A stretch of 64,000 nt of DNA. Origin: Pseudomonadota bacterium. GTDB lineage: Bacteria > Desulfobacterota > Desulfobacteria > Desulfobacterales > RPRI01. Both the position numbers and the translations under genes were made by a program. Position 1 is the stretch's first letter. Every line of letters begins with the position of its first letter. Shown one piece after another: positions 27,887 to 38,575 of the stretch. The notes below the pieces were generated by a model, which was given only the letters and a program-made list of their open reading frames with translations, ran no database searches and was not told the origin of the DNA. The DNA is taken from assembly GCA_043825875.1 (NCBI GenBank), contig JBDRRF010000083.1:64001-128000 (forward strand), read 5' to 3'.

Positions 27887-27932
27887 TTATTAACCGGAGG
27901 AATAAAAAGGTTCATCAAATAGGATATGAGCT

Positions 27933-28862
27933 ATGAAAAAGATTAACATCCTGCCAATTTGTATTTTAATATTTTTTATCTTAAGTACTGTATCTGTTTC
28001 GGCTGGCCAGAAACAATATTCACCTCTTTGGAATCCGAACTGTGAAAAATTAAAAAAGGAATTATCAGGTCAGAATCTGAATATAGTATTTACTGAAAAA
28101 CAGATTATAAAAAATAAACAAAAGCATTGGGTATTATACTGGCATGGGATAGAAGTACTTATACCTCAAGCTGAATATAAAGACGTTTATGTTTTAGTAA
28201 ATAAAAGAAATCAATATGAACTTATGCTGCGTACTATTGATAATATATTAATATCGCTTATGATTACCGAGCATAAACCTCAAAATGACATTTTTTCAAA
28301 AGATTCAGGTGATAAAATTCCGGTGCTAAATATAGAAAATATGAGGCAAACTGAAGCAATGTATGGCGAACCTGTAAAAGTATCGGATCTTATGCTTCTT
28401 GCGTATGAAACCACACCTGACCAGTTAACTTGTAAGGAAGAAAACCGCATTAAAGAAACAGCAATTGCAATTGCATTAATTTTAAAGACTATAACTTCTC
28501 CCGGCGTGACTTCTGCTTATAAAAATGTGGGCACCTATGATGGCTGGATAACAAAAAGCGAAGTTGAGAATAATATAGAATATGTTCTTAATATAATACC
28601 GTCTGATAGTGACAGTCAGTTTCTTAATATCACTTACAAATTACCACAGGAAAGTATTTATGCTTATATTCCTTTCCATGTCGGCAATAAAAATCCGAAG
28701 CCTGATAAAAAACCACCTGATTGGCTCATAGCGTTAAATAATGCATTAGAACTAAAAACAAATAACAGCTGGAACGAATATACATCGGTCGCAAAATCAA
28801 GTAGCATTAGCGAGAAAAGTACTTTAGAAACATTAAAAAACCTAAAACTAAAACAAGAGTAG
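27933..28862 (+). CDS. Exported hypothetical protein
   Basis: Signal peptide ...TVSVSA; long AT-rich ORF. Confidence 0.65.
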   Translation: MKKINILPICILIFFILSTVSVSAGQKQYSPLWNPNCEKLKKELSGQNLNIVFTEKQIIKNKQKHWVLYWHGIEVLIPQAEYKDVYVLVNKRNQYELMLRTIDNILISLMITEHKPQNDIFSKDSGDKIPVLNIENMRQTEAMYGEPVKVSDLMLLAYETTPDQLTCKEENRIKETAIAIALILKTITSPGVTSAYKNVGTYDGWITKSEVENNIEYVLNIIPSDSDSQFLNITYKLPQESIYAYIPFHVGNKNPKPDKKPPDWLIALNNALELKTNNSWNEYTSVAKSSSISEKSTLETLKNLKLKQE

Positions 28863-28947
28863 TTTAGATCCAATTTTTAACACTCAACAAGCATTGAAAA
28901 AGATATATCTTTATTTAATTTGCAGGGCATGGAGGATAGAGTTTGAA

Positions 28948-29901
28948 ATGCATAATTTTAAATACAATACTACTTCCGCCACTTCTATCCAAACAATCTT
29001 TTTAGGGTTGATTGCGATGTTTTTTATAAACCAAGCCACAGCGTTTGGCCAGATGCCTGTGCATATTGGGAATGATTTACTGTCACAGGCATCCCAACAA
29101 CGCGGAGTATCCGAGAAAGCAATAAGGGACCTTGTTGACGCTGACTTGATCAAACAAAACGCGTACCGCTCTGACTCGCTCGGCATCACCGGTCCTGTGA
29201 GACAAATTCAAGCCGGTGAAATTCGCTGGCTTCCACACGGATCAAAGGTCGGGACAGTCGGTTTGTCTATTTTGCCTGCTAATAACAGCGTCATTAAAAG
29301 ACCTATCCACCTTTCGATCAAATATCAAATCATACATGATGCTAAAGGGGCAGTTGAAATTAACAAGTACCTTTCCCGAGAAGATATCTATAATTCAGTT
29401 GTACTTGCACTGAAAAGTGAACAGGCTGTTGTTTCAGCCGTAAACGATTGTTTATTAGCGCTTCCGGTGGCAACACCGACAAACGGATCTTTGTGGCCTG
29501 AGGCACTTGATATTGCACGTTTTAATATTTACGACAAAGAATGGATGTTATCTTTTTCCAAAACAGGAATACTTCCCGGCACTGTCGAAGACCGGATATT
29601 GATTGTAATCAACGCAAAAACTCTAAAAATATCCATCATAACAGGTGTGGACACAATTGAATTCGCACGGGCAGCCATAGCAAGCGCCGGTTTCGATGCC
29701 TCACAAGCAGAATTTTATTTAATTAATCCCGGATTCAATCGGAAGTTGCCCGAAGGCGTTACACATAAGCTGTTGACTTCTCACTGGATGGTTCGTGCAA
29801 TGGGCGTAAAGGGTTGCGCCACCCCCTTATGGGTTCCCATCGAAAAATACACAATGAAAATTGGAAAGATTTTAGAGGCTCCAGATCCGGAGGTCAATTG
29901 A
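28948..29901 (+). CDS. Exported hypothetical protein
   Basis: GGAGG RBS before ATG 28948; signal peptide ...ATAFG. Confidence 0.6.
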   Translation: MHNFKYNTTSATSIQTIFLGLIAMFFINQATAFGQMPVHIGNDLLSQASQQRGVSEKAIRDLVDADLIKQNAYRSDSLGITGPVRQIQAGEIRWLPHGSKVGTVGLSILPANNSVIKRPIHLSIKYQIIHDAKGAVEINKYLSREDIYNSVVLALKSEQAVVSAVNDCLLALPVATPTNGSLWPEALDIARFNIYDKEWMLSFSKTGILPGTVEDRILIVINAKTLKISIITGVDTIEFARAAIASAGFDASQAEFYLINPGFNRKLPEGVTHKLLTSHWMVRAMGVKGCATPLWVPIEKYTMKIGKILEAPDPEVN

Positions 29902-29941
29902 TTTGCTATATTGATGTTTAATGAAAGGCGCAAATATTAAT

Positions 29942-29985
29942 AAAAAAAAGGGCCTGCAATTCTTGCAGGCCCTTAATGTTTTTTT
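29942..29985. terminator. Intrinsic terminator (probably bidirectional) after tRNA-Cys
   Basis: A-tract, AAGGGCCTGCAA-TTC-TTGCAGGCCCTT, T-tract. Confidence 0.85.
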
Positions 29986-30059
29986 GGAGGCGGCATCCAG
30001 ATTTGAACTGGAGAATAACGGTTTTGCAGACCGCTGCCTTACCACTTGGCTATGCCGCC
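29985..30059 (-). tRNA. tRNA-Cys (GCA)
   Basis: GGCGGCATAGCCAAGTGGTAAGGC...CTGCAAA...GTTCAAATC...GCCGCCTCCA. Confidence 0.97.
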
Positions 30060-30067
30060 AAAAAAAA

Positions 30068-30142
30068 TGGAGCGGGAAACGGGATTTGAACCCGCGACTT
30101 CGACCTTGGCAAGGTCGCACTCTACCACTGAGTTATTCCCGC
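30068..30142 (-). tRNA. tRNA-Gly (GCC)
   Basis: GCGGGAATAACTCAGTGGTAGAGT...TTGCCAA...GGTTCAAATCCCGTTTCCCGCTCCA. Confidence 0.97.
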
Positions 30143-30397
30143 TCACTATAAAAACCTTATAAGCAGCATTATTAATATAATATCACGTACAGGTTTATAT
30201 CAAGTTTTGCAAATTATAAGTTTACATACTTTTTGTCAATAAATTTCTTGGAATTTTCTGTAGTGGCAAATAAGTAATACACAGGAGCTAAGACCATTTA
30301 AGAAGTGAATACCGAATCAGTCTCTCTGTCTCTGTGAAAGCCTGATGCTTGAATTTATAACCAACTTAATTCATAATGAAAAAAAGGTTAAATCTTT

Positions 30398-30913
30398 TCA
30401 TTCACCCTTCCAAGGCCTTTCAGATCGCTTTTCCCGCTGGTCAACTGTACGAGCCATTTGAAAAAGCAGATCAGAAAGCCTATTTAAAAATGGAATGATA
30501 TTTTCATTTTCAACCTTTAAAGCTCCAACACGACGCTCGGCTGTTCGCACCAAAGCTCTGGCAAATTGAATATGCGCTGAAAGCAACCCTGAACCGGATA
30601 AGATAAAATTACTTATAGGGCCAAGATCAGCTTCAAGTTTTTTTATCATTTCTTCTATAGCGTAAACCCTTGGTTTTTCAAATCCAACATGAGCATTTCC
30701 CAAAACGGAATTAATCCGGCACAAATTGCGCTGAATATTGTCGATTATGATTTTGAGGTCTTCATCTTTAAGTTGTGCATAAATAAGTCCAAGAAATGAA
30801 TTTGTTTCATCTATTGTTCCAATGGCTTCAACACAAATATCATCCTTGCTGAGTTTTTTACCATCGGCAAGTAGTGTGCCTCCGCTATCAGTATAAAGAT
30901 CATAAATTTTCAT
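30398..30913 (-). CDS. PduO-type cob(I)alamin adenosyltransferase
   Basis: SKDD..VEAIGTIDETNSFLG, RTAERR, LNRLSDLLF. Confidence 0.85.
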   Translation of the reverse strand: MKIYDLYTDSGGTLLADGKKLSKDDICVEAIGTIDETNSFLGLIYAQLKDEDLKIIIDNIQRNLCRINSVLGNAHVGFEKPRVYAIEEMIKKLEADLGPISNFILSGSGLLSAHIQFARALVRTAERRVGALKVENENIIPFLNRLSDLLFQMARTVDQREKRSERPWKGE

Positions 30914-31272
30914 AGGGACTCCTTTTTTATTTTATATTAAAACACATTATTAAATTTTTGCAAACTGTCCATAGATAAAGTTCATAGTAACAAAATCGCT
31001 TAACACAGGATATGGGATAATCCATAGAAGAAAAAATTAATTACGGTTTATAAATTTTATAATATTAATGAACGAATTATTTTCAAATAAAAAAGGGATG
31101 TCTAAGAAACTTGTTTCGCTTTCCGATGCGACCTGATAAATATTAGTCCATGATCTTTCCTGCTACCTGGGGCAAAACAAGATAATGACATAAGAACCAA
31201 TTTAATAACATCCTGTTTGGACAGATGTGTTAGGCTCATATTTTGCAATTAGTAAAACATATCGCTACCCTA

Positions 31273-31354
31273 AAAATACTCTATTCATCACTGCGGTTAA
31301 ATTTCGAGCCCAACGCTTAAGATCGGCCAAAATGTGGCGTTTTGAAACTTGCTC
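31273..31354. repeat. Half copy of ~143-bp palindromic MITE/REP family
   Basis: GAGCCCAACGCTTAAGATCGGCCAAAATGTGGCGTTTTGAAACTTGCTC is the near-exact reverse complement of the left arm at 38576. Confidence 0.8.
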
Positions 31355-31386
31355 AAATGATTAAATAATATCTTGGAGAAAAGTGA

Positions 31387-33681
31387 ATGAAAAACAGGCT
31401 ATACAATTTATTAGTTTTTCTATTTTTGCTGATTTTATTGTTTCTGACGGCCACAAGTTTTGCAGTCGACCTCCTTCCGCCTTCCGATTTTCCTCTCCTG
31501 GATGCTGTTAAAAAGGACGATACTCAAAAGGTAAAGTCCATGCTGGAAGAATCAGGTTCAAGTTTGAGTAAATATGAAATCAATCAAAAAGGCATAAACG
31601 GGGATACACCTTTATTGGTTGCTGCCAAATATGGAAATCTTGAAATTGTCAGGTTGTTGATCGGTCACGGCGCAATAGTTGATGCCGGCAAGGAAACCGG
31701 CGACAGAACGGCATTGATAGCTGCATCAGAACAGGGCCATTCTGAAGTAGTACAATATCTTATAGAAAAAGGTGCTGATGTAAATGTGAAAGTAAAAGGG
31801 CTCACTCCATTACTTGCAGCAAGCAGCGGATGGCATATTCCGTTTGGTTCCCCCGGGAATAAAGCAAAAACTATCAGTATCCTTTTAGATAACGGGGCAG
31901 ATGTTAATGTACAGGATGAATCATGGCTGAAAACCGGCAGGACTCCTTTGATGTTTGCTGTGATGCAAGGAGATGCCCAATCGGTGCAAGCTTTTCTGGC
32001 GAAAGGCGCAATGCTGGATTTAAAAAACCAGGACGGAGAGACAGCGCTTTCCTTAGCAAAAAAAGATGGGCTGGAATATATTACGCAATTGCTGGAAAAA
32101 GCAAAAAGCGGTGAAAAAGCATCATCTCAGCAACCGGATCTTTCAATTCATCCTTTATTTACCGCAATTAAGGAAAATCATCCGGATCAGGTCAAAGCTT
32201 TGATATCAAAAGGTGCGGATGTGAATATAAGAGCAAAAAGCGGCAGTACGCCATTAATGATTGCAGCCTATAGTAATTCACTGGAGATTGTAAAGTATTT
32301 GCTCGAAAATGGAGCTGATATCAATGCCAAAGACGGAACCAATAACACGGCATTAATCTATGCCTGCACAAAGGGATATATTGATATTGTTAATGAACTT
32401 TTAAGCAAGAAAGCCGATATTAATGTAAAAAACATAAATAAGGGTGATGCTCTGATTTATGCAGTGCTTAGTAAAAACGAGAATGTCGTCAACGCATTGT
32501 TGAAAAACGGTGCAAGAGTTAACGATAAATACGATGATGGAAAAACGGCTTTGTTTATAGCAGTTAATGATGGCAGTTATGATATCGCAAAACTGCTTAT
32601 AGCCTATAAAGCAGATGTCAATGCCGCAGATAATGATGAGATGACGGCATTGTTAATTGTCTGTGAAAAAGGCAATGCGGATATGGTTGAAGAACTTCTA
32701 AAAGCAGGGGCCGACATCAATAAAAAAGCAAAGGACGGAGATACGGCTTTAATCAAGGCAATCTCTGCAAATAATGTTGATATCGTAAAAATATTAGTGA
32801 AAAACAGCGGGAATTTCAATAAGCAGGAGGCTCTGCTTTCGGCTGTAATTGCAGGCAATCTTGAAATCGTAAAACTTCTTTTTTCAAAAGATACGGATAT
32901 TAATATGGGCGGCTTTGCCGGAGAAAGTCTTTTAATGCTTGCTGTAGATAAAGATTTTGAAATAGTGAAATTTCTGGTTGCAAGAGGCGCGGACGTCAAC
33001 AAAAAAGATGATGAAGGAGAAACCGCTTTGATGACGGCGGTGCAGTCTTTTAATGAAACCAATATTTCTTCCATAAAGTATCTGATTGAAGGCGGAGCTG
33101 ACCTCAATGCTGCAAACAACAAGGGCGAGACGGCTCTTATACTTGCTGCAAAAAGAGGCAATGCGGAAATTATAAAAGTACTGATCGAAAAGGGAAGTGA
33201 GGTATCAATACAGGATAAAAAGGGGAAGTCAGCCTGGAGCTATGCGGTTGAAAGCACAAACAGTGATATGGTTAACCTTCTGGAAAAAGCCGGCACTGCG
33301 AAAGAATATAAAGGCATGGAATGGGAAGGATATATGTCCAACCAGGCATCCGAATTTATCAATATAGTGGAAACTCAACAGGAATGGACTGAGCTTTGGA
33401 AACGTGCCTTTGATAAAACAGCGCCTGATATGAATTTTGAAAAATATGCTGTGGCCTGCGTTTTTCTCGGATATTCCGCAGACTGGCTTTATGACATAGG
33501 CTTTGAGCAGGCCTTTGTGCGCGATAATCAGTTAGTGATCACATACGGGCTTTATGAAGTGATGCTAAGACTGTCAGGGCCTTTTAAAGCAAGTGGACAA
33601 TATCATATGAAGGTTTTTGAAAAAAAGAAAGACGTAAAAATGATTCTGGAAAAGGCTTCCCAGCCTTTCGGGATAAGATAA
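31387..33681 (+). CDS. Exported multi-ankyrin-repeat protein with C-terminal PrcB_C-like domain
   Basis: Signal peptide; roughly 16-17 ankyrin repeats; C-terminal IVETQQEWTELW...APDMNFEKYAVACVFLG. Confidence 0.85.
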   Translation: MKNRLYNLLVFLFLLILLFLTATSFAVDLLPPSDFPLLDAVKKDDTQKVKSMLEESGSSLSKYEINQKGINGDTPLLVAAKYGNLEIVRLLIGHGAIVDAGKETGDRTALIAASEQGHSEVVQYLIEKGADVNVKVKGLTPLLAASSGWHIPFGSPGNKAKTISILLDNGADVNVQDESWLKTGRTPLMFAVMQGDAQSVQAFLAKGAMLDLKNQDGETALSLAKKDGLEYITQLLEKAKSGEKASSQQPDLSIHPLFTAIKENHPDQVKALISKGADVNIRAKSGSTPLMIAAYSNSLEIVKYLLENGADINAKDGTNNTALIYACTKGYIDIVNELLSKKADINVKNINKGDALIYAVLSKNENVVNALLKNGARVNDKYDDGKTALFIAVNDGSYDIAKLLIAYKADVNAADNDEMTALLIVCEKGNADMVEELLKAGADINKKAKDGDTALIKAISANNVDIVKILVKNSGNFNKQEALLSAVIAGNLEIVKLLFSKDTDINMGGFAGESLLMLAVDKDFEIVKFLVARGADVNKKDDEGETALMTAVQSFNETNISSIKYLIEGGADLNAANNKGETALILAAKRGNAEIIKVLIEKGSEVSIQDKKGKSAWSYAVESTNSDMVNLLEKAGTAKEYKGMEWEGYMSNQASEFINIVETQQEWTELWKRAFDKTAPDMNFEKYAVACVFLGYSADWLYDIGFEQAFVRDNQLVITYGLYEVMLRLSGPFKASGQYHMKVFEKKKDVKMILEKASQPFGIR

Positions 33682-33686
33682 ACAAT

Positions 33687-34241
33687 ATGCAGGAAATCGC
33701 TTATACCGGCTTTGGAAGAAATACTCTTGTCACAGGACTGCTCAGCCATTTTGCAACTTTACTTGTAGCGATGATGACGGTCTCCGGTGCGGATCTTTTT
33801 TTCAGCATAACCTTTCCTTTCTCCTGTTTTGCCTTAGCTGTTGCTGCATATGTTGAATTGAAACACAGAGGCTGCCATCCTTTGAGCAGCCTGCGATTTT
33901 ATATTATCTTGGCAATGACTGTTATTCCATTGCTCGGGCCTCTGATTATATTGGGGCTGCTTTACAGCCTGAAGAAAAGCGGGCAGGAAACACGTACCGG
34001 CTTATCCGGACTTTTTTCTGCACTGTTAAGATTAAAGGCAAACTTGCTGGTTCTTTTTGTGTTGATCCTCTTTCTTTTTCTTTTATTTGCTGTTATTCAC
34101 AGCCGGCATGATCCTTACTTTAAAAGGCGGACTTTAAGCAGTATGTCGCCGGATTTAATTTCAGATGCTAATAAAAAAGTTTATAAAAAAATCAAAAGCG
34201 TCGAATATATAACGATAGCACCAAAAAGAGAAATGGCCTGA
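33687..34241 (+). CDS. Integral membrane protein (about 4 TM)
   Basis: Hydrophobic segments; 5 bp after the ankyrin gene. Confidence 0.7.
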   Translation: MQEIAYTGFGRNTLVTGLLSHFATLLVAMMTVSGADLFFSITFPFSCFALAVAAYVELKHRGCHPLSSLRFYIILAMTVIPLLGPLIILGLLYSLKKSGQETRTGLSGLFSALLRLKANLLVLFVLILFLFLLFAVIHSRHDPYFKRRTLSSMSPDLISDANKKVYKKIKSVEYITIAPKREMA

Positions 34242-34357
34242 AACACTGCATTTTTAAACATGATAACCGGAATATTATAGATATTAAAAAGGTTCTGCGG
34301 ATTAATAAAAAATACTTTAAAGTTGGCGTTTGGTAAATTGAAATAGCAGGAGAGTGT

Positions 34358-37300
34358 ATGTTCAGTTTTAAAAAATTATTTTGTTTTTTAGCGGTCTTAT
34401 TTGGGATTATGACCATTCTGTCCGGCAGTTTTGCTTTAGTTATTGCTGCCGATAAACCTGAGATTTTTGTACAGTTGGGGCATACATCATCAGTAAACGC
34501 GATTGAAATATCACCTGATAACAAATACATCCTTTCAGGCGGCGATGACAATAGAATAAAACTTTGGGAAAATGAGACAGGAAGGCTGATAAGAACTTTC
34601 AATGACAAAGAAGATATAAAATTTGTTTCTTTTCTGCCGGGAGGAAAATCTTTTTTTTCGCTAAACGATAGAGGTAATATCTGTATCTGGGATATCAGTA
34701 CCGGCGATAAAATCAAAGAATATTCTTTAAGCAATATAAGCTATTCCAGTTTGAGATCTGTTGTTTCATATGATGGTACTACGCTGCGGGTAATCGTCGG
34801 TCTTAAAATTTTTGTCACCGATATATTGTCCGGTACCATTGAAAAATCAATAGAATCGCCTAAATCAAAGCCGGTAAGCGCTCACTTGAGCTTCGCATTC
34901 GGATCCCGCAATGCCATGACAGCCGATGGCCTACGGATGATTTCATCGGTACGTCAAAATCCGTCGGAAAATGTGATGTCGGCCAAAGATAAAAAACTGA
35001 TTTTCTGGGATATCACATCGGGCAATATTATTTCTACTCTTTCCGGTCATGAGGATTATATTGACACTGTTATATTGTCTCCGGATGACAGGTTCGCTCT
35101 ATCCGGCAGCCGCGATAATACCGTCAGATTGTGGGATTTAAAAAAAGGAAAAGAGGTTGCCAAATTCAGCGGACATCAAAAACCTATTGAAGCCATAGCC
35201 TTTTCTCCTGACCAGAAATATATTCTTTCCGGAAGCGATGATAACACCATGAAGCTTTGGGACATTGAAGATGAAAAAGAAATCAGGAGTTTTACCCATG
35301 ATTGCCCCGTTACTTTCGTCCGGTTTTCCCCGGATGGTTTGTTCGCTTATTCCGGAGACGATAATGGCGCTATACGGGTATGGGATATAAAAACCGGCCG
35401 GGAAGTAAAAGCTCTTAAAAGCCATGCTGCCAGAACATACGCTATTGCTTTATCCGCAGACGGAAACCAAGTACTGACAGGCTCCAGTGAAGGGCAGATA
35501 GGGCTTTGGAATTTAACATCGGGAAAATTGCTAAAAACGATTTCTGCTCATCATGAAGCTGTTTCCGCTATTAATTTTACACCGGATGGCAAATACGCTC
35601 TTTCTGCAAGTTATGATAAAACTTTAAAATTATGGGATTTAAACGATGGGAAACTTCAGAAAACATTTTCCGGGCATCCCGGCCAGGTTTATAAGGCTGT
35701 AATTTCTGCTGATGGTTTACATGCCTTAAGCTCAGCGCAGGACGGTGATATGCGGCTATGGGATATGAAATCAGGTATAGAAATCAAAGCATTTAAATTT
35801 CCGGGTTCGATTCAATCTATCGGCTTTACTCCGGATAGCAGGCATTTTATAATCGCGCATTACTGCAAAAATTCAGGCGATGCAGTTAAGGTTATGGCTT
35901 TAGACGGAAATGAAATTAAGAATTATGAGGATGTATATCTGAGCAGGTATACAAATGATGGAAGATATTTTCTGGCCACTAGATATAAAGAACCTACCGA
36001 CAAAGAGCAGAAACTTTTTGATCCCGAAACCAAACAAAAAACAACTAATTCCCGCATGGACAGGTTTAATATTAAAACACTGGTTGATATTTCCGATGGC
36101 AAGATTCTGGGTCATTTCGGCCAAAGCGGCGCTTTTGTTTATGTATCCACATCCTCTAGAAATGAACTTATTTTGACAAAGAATTATTATGATAAGGATA
36201 TTTGTCTTTGGGATGTCCGTACAGGTAAAGAGATACACCGTTTTCCCGTGAAATTCGGATTGCTTTCTCACGATGGGAATAAGGTCATATCCCCGGTCGG
36301 CAATACTTTGAAATCCTTTGATACAATCACCGGACGCATCCTGCCCCCTTTTACCGGCAGTGCGGCCACCGATATCTGCTCTTTGGCGCTTTCGGCCAAA
36401 GGCGGTTATGCCATCACAGGCGATACGTCAGGAGCCATCCAGTTCTGGGATGTTGCTGCCGGCAAATTAATAAAAACTATATTTGAAACTCCAACCAAAG
36501 ATATTTTTTACGATAAGTCGGCGATCAGTGCGGTAACCTTTTCTCCCGACAATAAATATGCCGCTTCAGCGTCAATTTTTGGCACAGTCAAAATCTGGGA
36601 TTTGAGTGAAGGCAATAAAATTTCTGAATTTAAAATGGATCCTGTTTCCGTCCACTACGACGATTTTCAGTCAGGCAATTATATCGATTATGGGAATGGC
36701 ATTCTGGCTTTTTCGCCCGACAGCCGTTATATTGCTTCCGGCAGCAAGCTTTGGGAAGTTACCTCAGGGAAAAAGAGACTTGATTTTCAAACGCCTTTTG
36801 GCCCCGGTCCCTGGGTTGCTTTTACACAGGACGGTAATTATTTGCTTTCTAGAAATATGATTTGGGATGTTTATTCAGGCCGGCGCATAAAAACACTCGA
36901 AAGCCTGAATGGAACACGATCTGTATATTCTTCCGATGGCAAAGCCATCTATGCCACAGATTCTGAAGGATCGCTCTATGTGGTCGACCCGGATACAGGC
37001 AAGCTTGTCCGCAGGTTTGCTAACTTTATTTCTACAGCGCGTCCTTTTGAAGTATCCCCGGACAAGAAAATGCTTATTGCCACAGAAAATGATAACGAAA
37101 CTTTGGATATATGGGATTTAACATCTGGCAAAAAAAACGCTGCGATTGAGATTAACCAGGGCATCTCAAGCGTATTGCTAAGCTCTGATGGGAGAAAAGC
37201 TGTCCTGAATAACAGTGTTTCAGTAATGCAATTAAATCCTTCTACCGGCAAGGAAATGGCAAAATTTATCAGTTTTACCGACGGTGAATGGATAGTCATC

Positions 37301-38554
37301 ACACCGGAAGGTTATTACAATGCTTCTGCTAATGGTGACAAATATCTCAATGTGCGTGTCGGCAACAATGTATATGGCATTGAAAACTATCGGGAAGTAT
37401 TTTTTCGCCCTGATCTGGTCAAGATCGCACTGTCCGGCGGTTCTCTTAAAGACTTTAGAAACATTGCCGATATAAAACAGCCGCCAAGTGTTAATATCGT
37501 GGATACGCCACTAAGTGTAAACACCGACAATGTTAAGCTTAAATTACGACTGACGGATAATGCAGGCGGTATAGGCGATATCCGCCTGTATCTTAACGGA
37601 ACTGCCGTTGTCATGGACAGCCGCGCGGTCAGTATTATAGAAAAGGATACGAAAGAGCTTTTCAAAGAATATACCTTAAAGCTTACAGCAGGCAGAAATA
37701 TCATAAAGGCTGTTGCCTTCAACGGTGACAACAGTATGCAAAGCAATGAGGCAACGATAGAAGTGGCAGCTTCTTTTACTGCTGCGCAAAAACCTTCGCT
37801 TTATGCGCTTGTGATCGGTATTAATGAATTTAAAAACCCGAAGCTTAAGCTTAATTATCCTGTGGCGGATGCTGAGCTTTTTGCGGAAACACTTGAAAAA
37901 GTGTCTACAGGGCTTTTCGATAAGATCGATATAAGAAAGCTTACCACAAAAGAAGCAACTACAAACCTTGAGATTATCAAAGAGATCAAATCCTTCAAGT
38001 CTTTGCAGCCGGATGATCTATTTGTTTTTTACATAGCCAGCCACGGCACTGTCGATGAAGGGGAATATTTTCTTATAACTTCAAATGTAGGATCATTAAG
38101 GACAGAAAAGCTGAAGACCGACGCCATTTCCCAGAATATGCTCAAAGAAACTATAGCAAATATTCCTGCAACCAAGAAACTTATCATTATAGATACCTGC
38201 AACGCGGGTGCGCTGGGCGAGGCCATCCAGGTTGCAATGCTTACGCGTGGAATGAGCGAGGACACAGCGCTTAAGATATTGAGCCGGGCGGTGGGCTCGA
38301 CCATTCTTTCCGCATCCACATCAGTGCAGGAAGCGCTTGAAGGCTATAACGGACACGGTCTTTTCACCTATGTTATTGTTGAAGGGTTAAAAGGCAAGGC
38401 GGATAAAGGTAAAACCGGATTCATAAAAACCACCGAGCTTGCAGATTATGTGGATAATGAAGTGCCTGTGCTGGCTGAGAAAGTATTCAAACGGGCACAA
38501 TATCCGACGATCTCCATCAGCGGACAGGCATTTCCCATAGGATTAGTAAAATAA
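34358..38554 (+). CDS. Exported WD40-repeat protein with C-terminal caspase-like (peptidase C14) domain
   Basis: Signal peptide; many GH...WD repeats; LYALVIGIN, YIASHG (His), IIDTCNAG (Cys), GHGLFT, QYP. Confidence 0.92.
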   Translation: MFSFKKLFCFLAVLFGIMTILSGSFALVIAADKPEIFVQLGHTSSVNAIEISPDNKYILSGGDDNRIKLWENETGRLIRTFNDKEDIKFVSFLPGGKSFFSLNDRGNICIWDISTGDKIKEYSLSNISYSSLRSVVSYDGTTLRVIVGLKIFVTDILSGTIEKSIESPKSKPVSAHLSFAFGSRNAMTADGLRMISSVRQNPSENVMSAKDKKLIFWDITSGNIISTLSGHEDYIDTVILSPDDRFALSGSRDNTVRLWDLKKGKEVAKFSGHQKPIEAIAFSPDQKYILSGSDDNTMKLWDIEDEKEIRSFTHDCPVTFVRFSPDGLFAYSGDDNGAIRVWDIKTGREVKALKSHAARTYAIALSADGNQVLTGSSEGQIGLWNLTSGKLLKTISAHHEAVSAINFTPDGKYALSASYDKTLKLWDLNDGKLQKTFSGHPGQVYKAVISADGLHALSSAQDGDMRLWDMKSGIEIKAFKFPGSIQSIGFTPDSRHFIIAHYCKNSGDAVKVMALDGNEIKNYEDVYLSRYTNDGRYFLATRYKEPTDKEQKLFDPETKQKTTNSRMDRFNIKTLVDISDGKILGHFGQSGAFVYVSTSSRNELILTKNYYDKDICLWDVRTGKEIHRFPVKFGLLSHDGNKVISPVGNTLKSFDTITGRILPPFTGSAATDICSLALSAKGGYAITGDTSGAIQFWDVAAGKLIKTIFETPTKDIFYDKSAISAVTFSPDNKYAASASIFGTVKIWDLSEGNKISEFKMDPVSVHYDDFQSGNYIDYGNGILAFSPDSRYIASGSKLWEVTSGKKRLDFQTPFGPGPWVAFTQDGNYLLSRNMIWDVYSGRRIKTLESLNGTRSVYSSDGKAIYATDSEGSLYVVDPDTGKLVRRFANFISTARPFEVSPDKKMLIATENDNETLDIWDLTSGKKNAAIEINQGISSVLLSSDGRKAVLNNSVSVMQLNPSTGKEMAKFISFTDGEWIVITPEGYYNASANGDKYLNVRVGNNVYGIENYREVFFRPDLVKIALSGGSLKDFRNIADIKQPPSVNIVDTPLSVNTDNVKLKLRLTDNAGGIGDIRLYLNGTAVVMDSRAVSIIEKDTKELFKEYTLKLTAGRNIIKAVAFNGDNSMQSNEATIEVAASFTAAQKPSLYALVIGINEFKNPKLKLNYPVADAELFAETLEKVSTGLFDKIDIRKLTTKEATTNLEIIKEIKSFKSLQPDDLFVFYIASHGTVDEGEYFLITSNVGSLRTEKLKTDAISQNMLKETIANIPATKKLIIIDTCNAGALGEAIQVAMLTRGMSEDTALKILSRAVGSTILSASTSVQEALEGYNGHGLFTYVIVEGLKGKADKGKTGFIKTTELADYVDNEVPVLAEKVFKRAQYPTISISGQAFPIGLVK

Positions 38555-38575
38555 AGATCTTATCGGCAATTATGA

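Noticed and set aside
29985..30142. tRNA-anchored integrative element; ORFs 29872-30120 and 29921-30151
   Set aside because: No integrase or duplicated tRNA 3' end was seen; the ORFs are translations across the tRNA genes
30270..31260. Cobalamin riboswitch near the PduO-like gene
   Set aside because: No B12-box or conserved GGGAA/GCCACTG core found on either side
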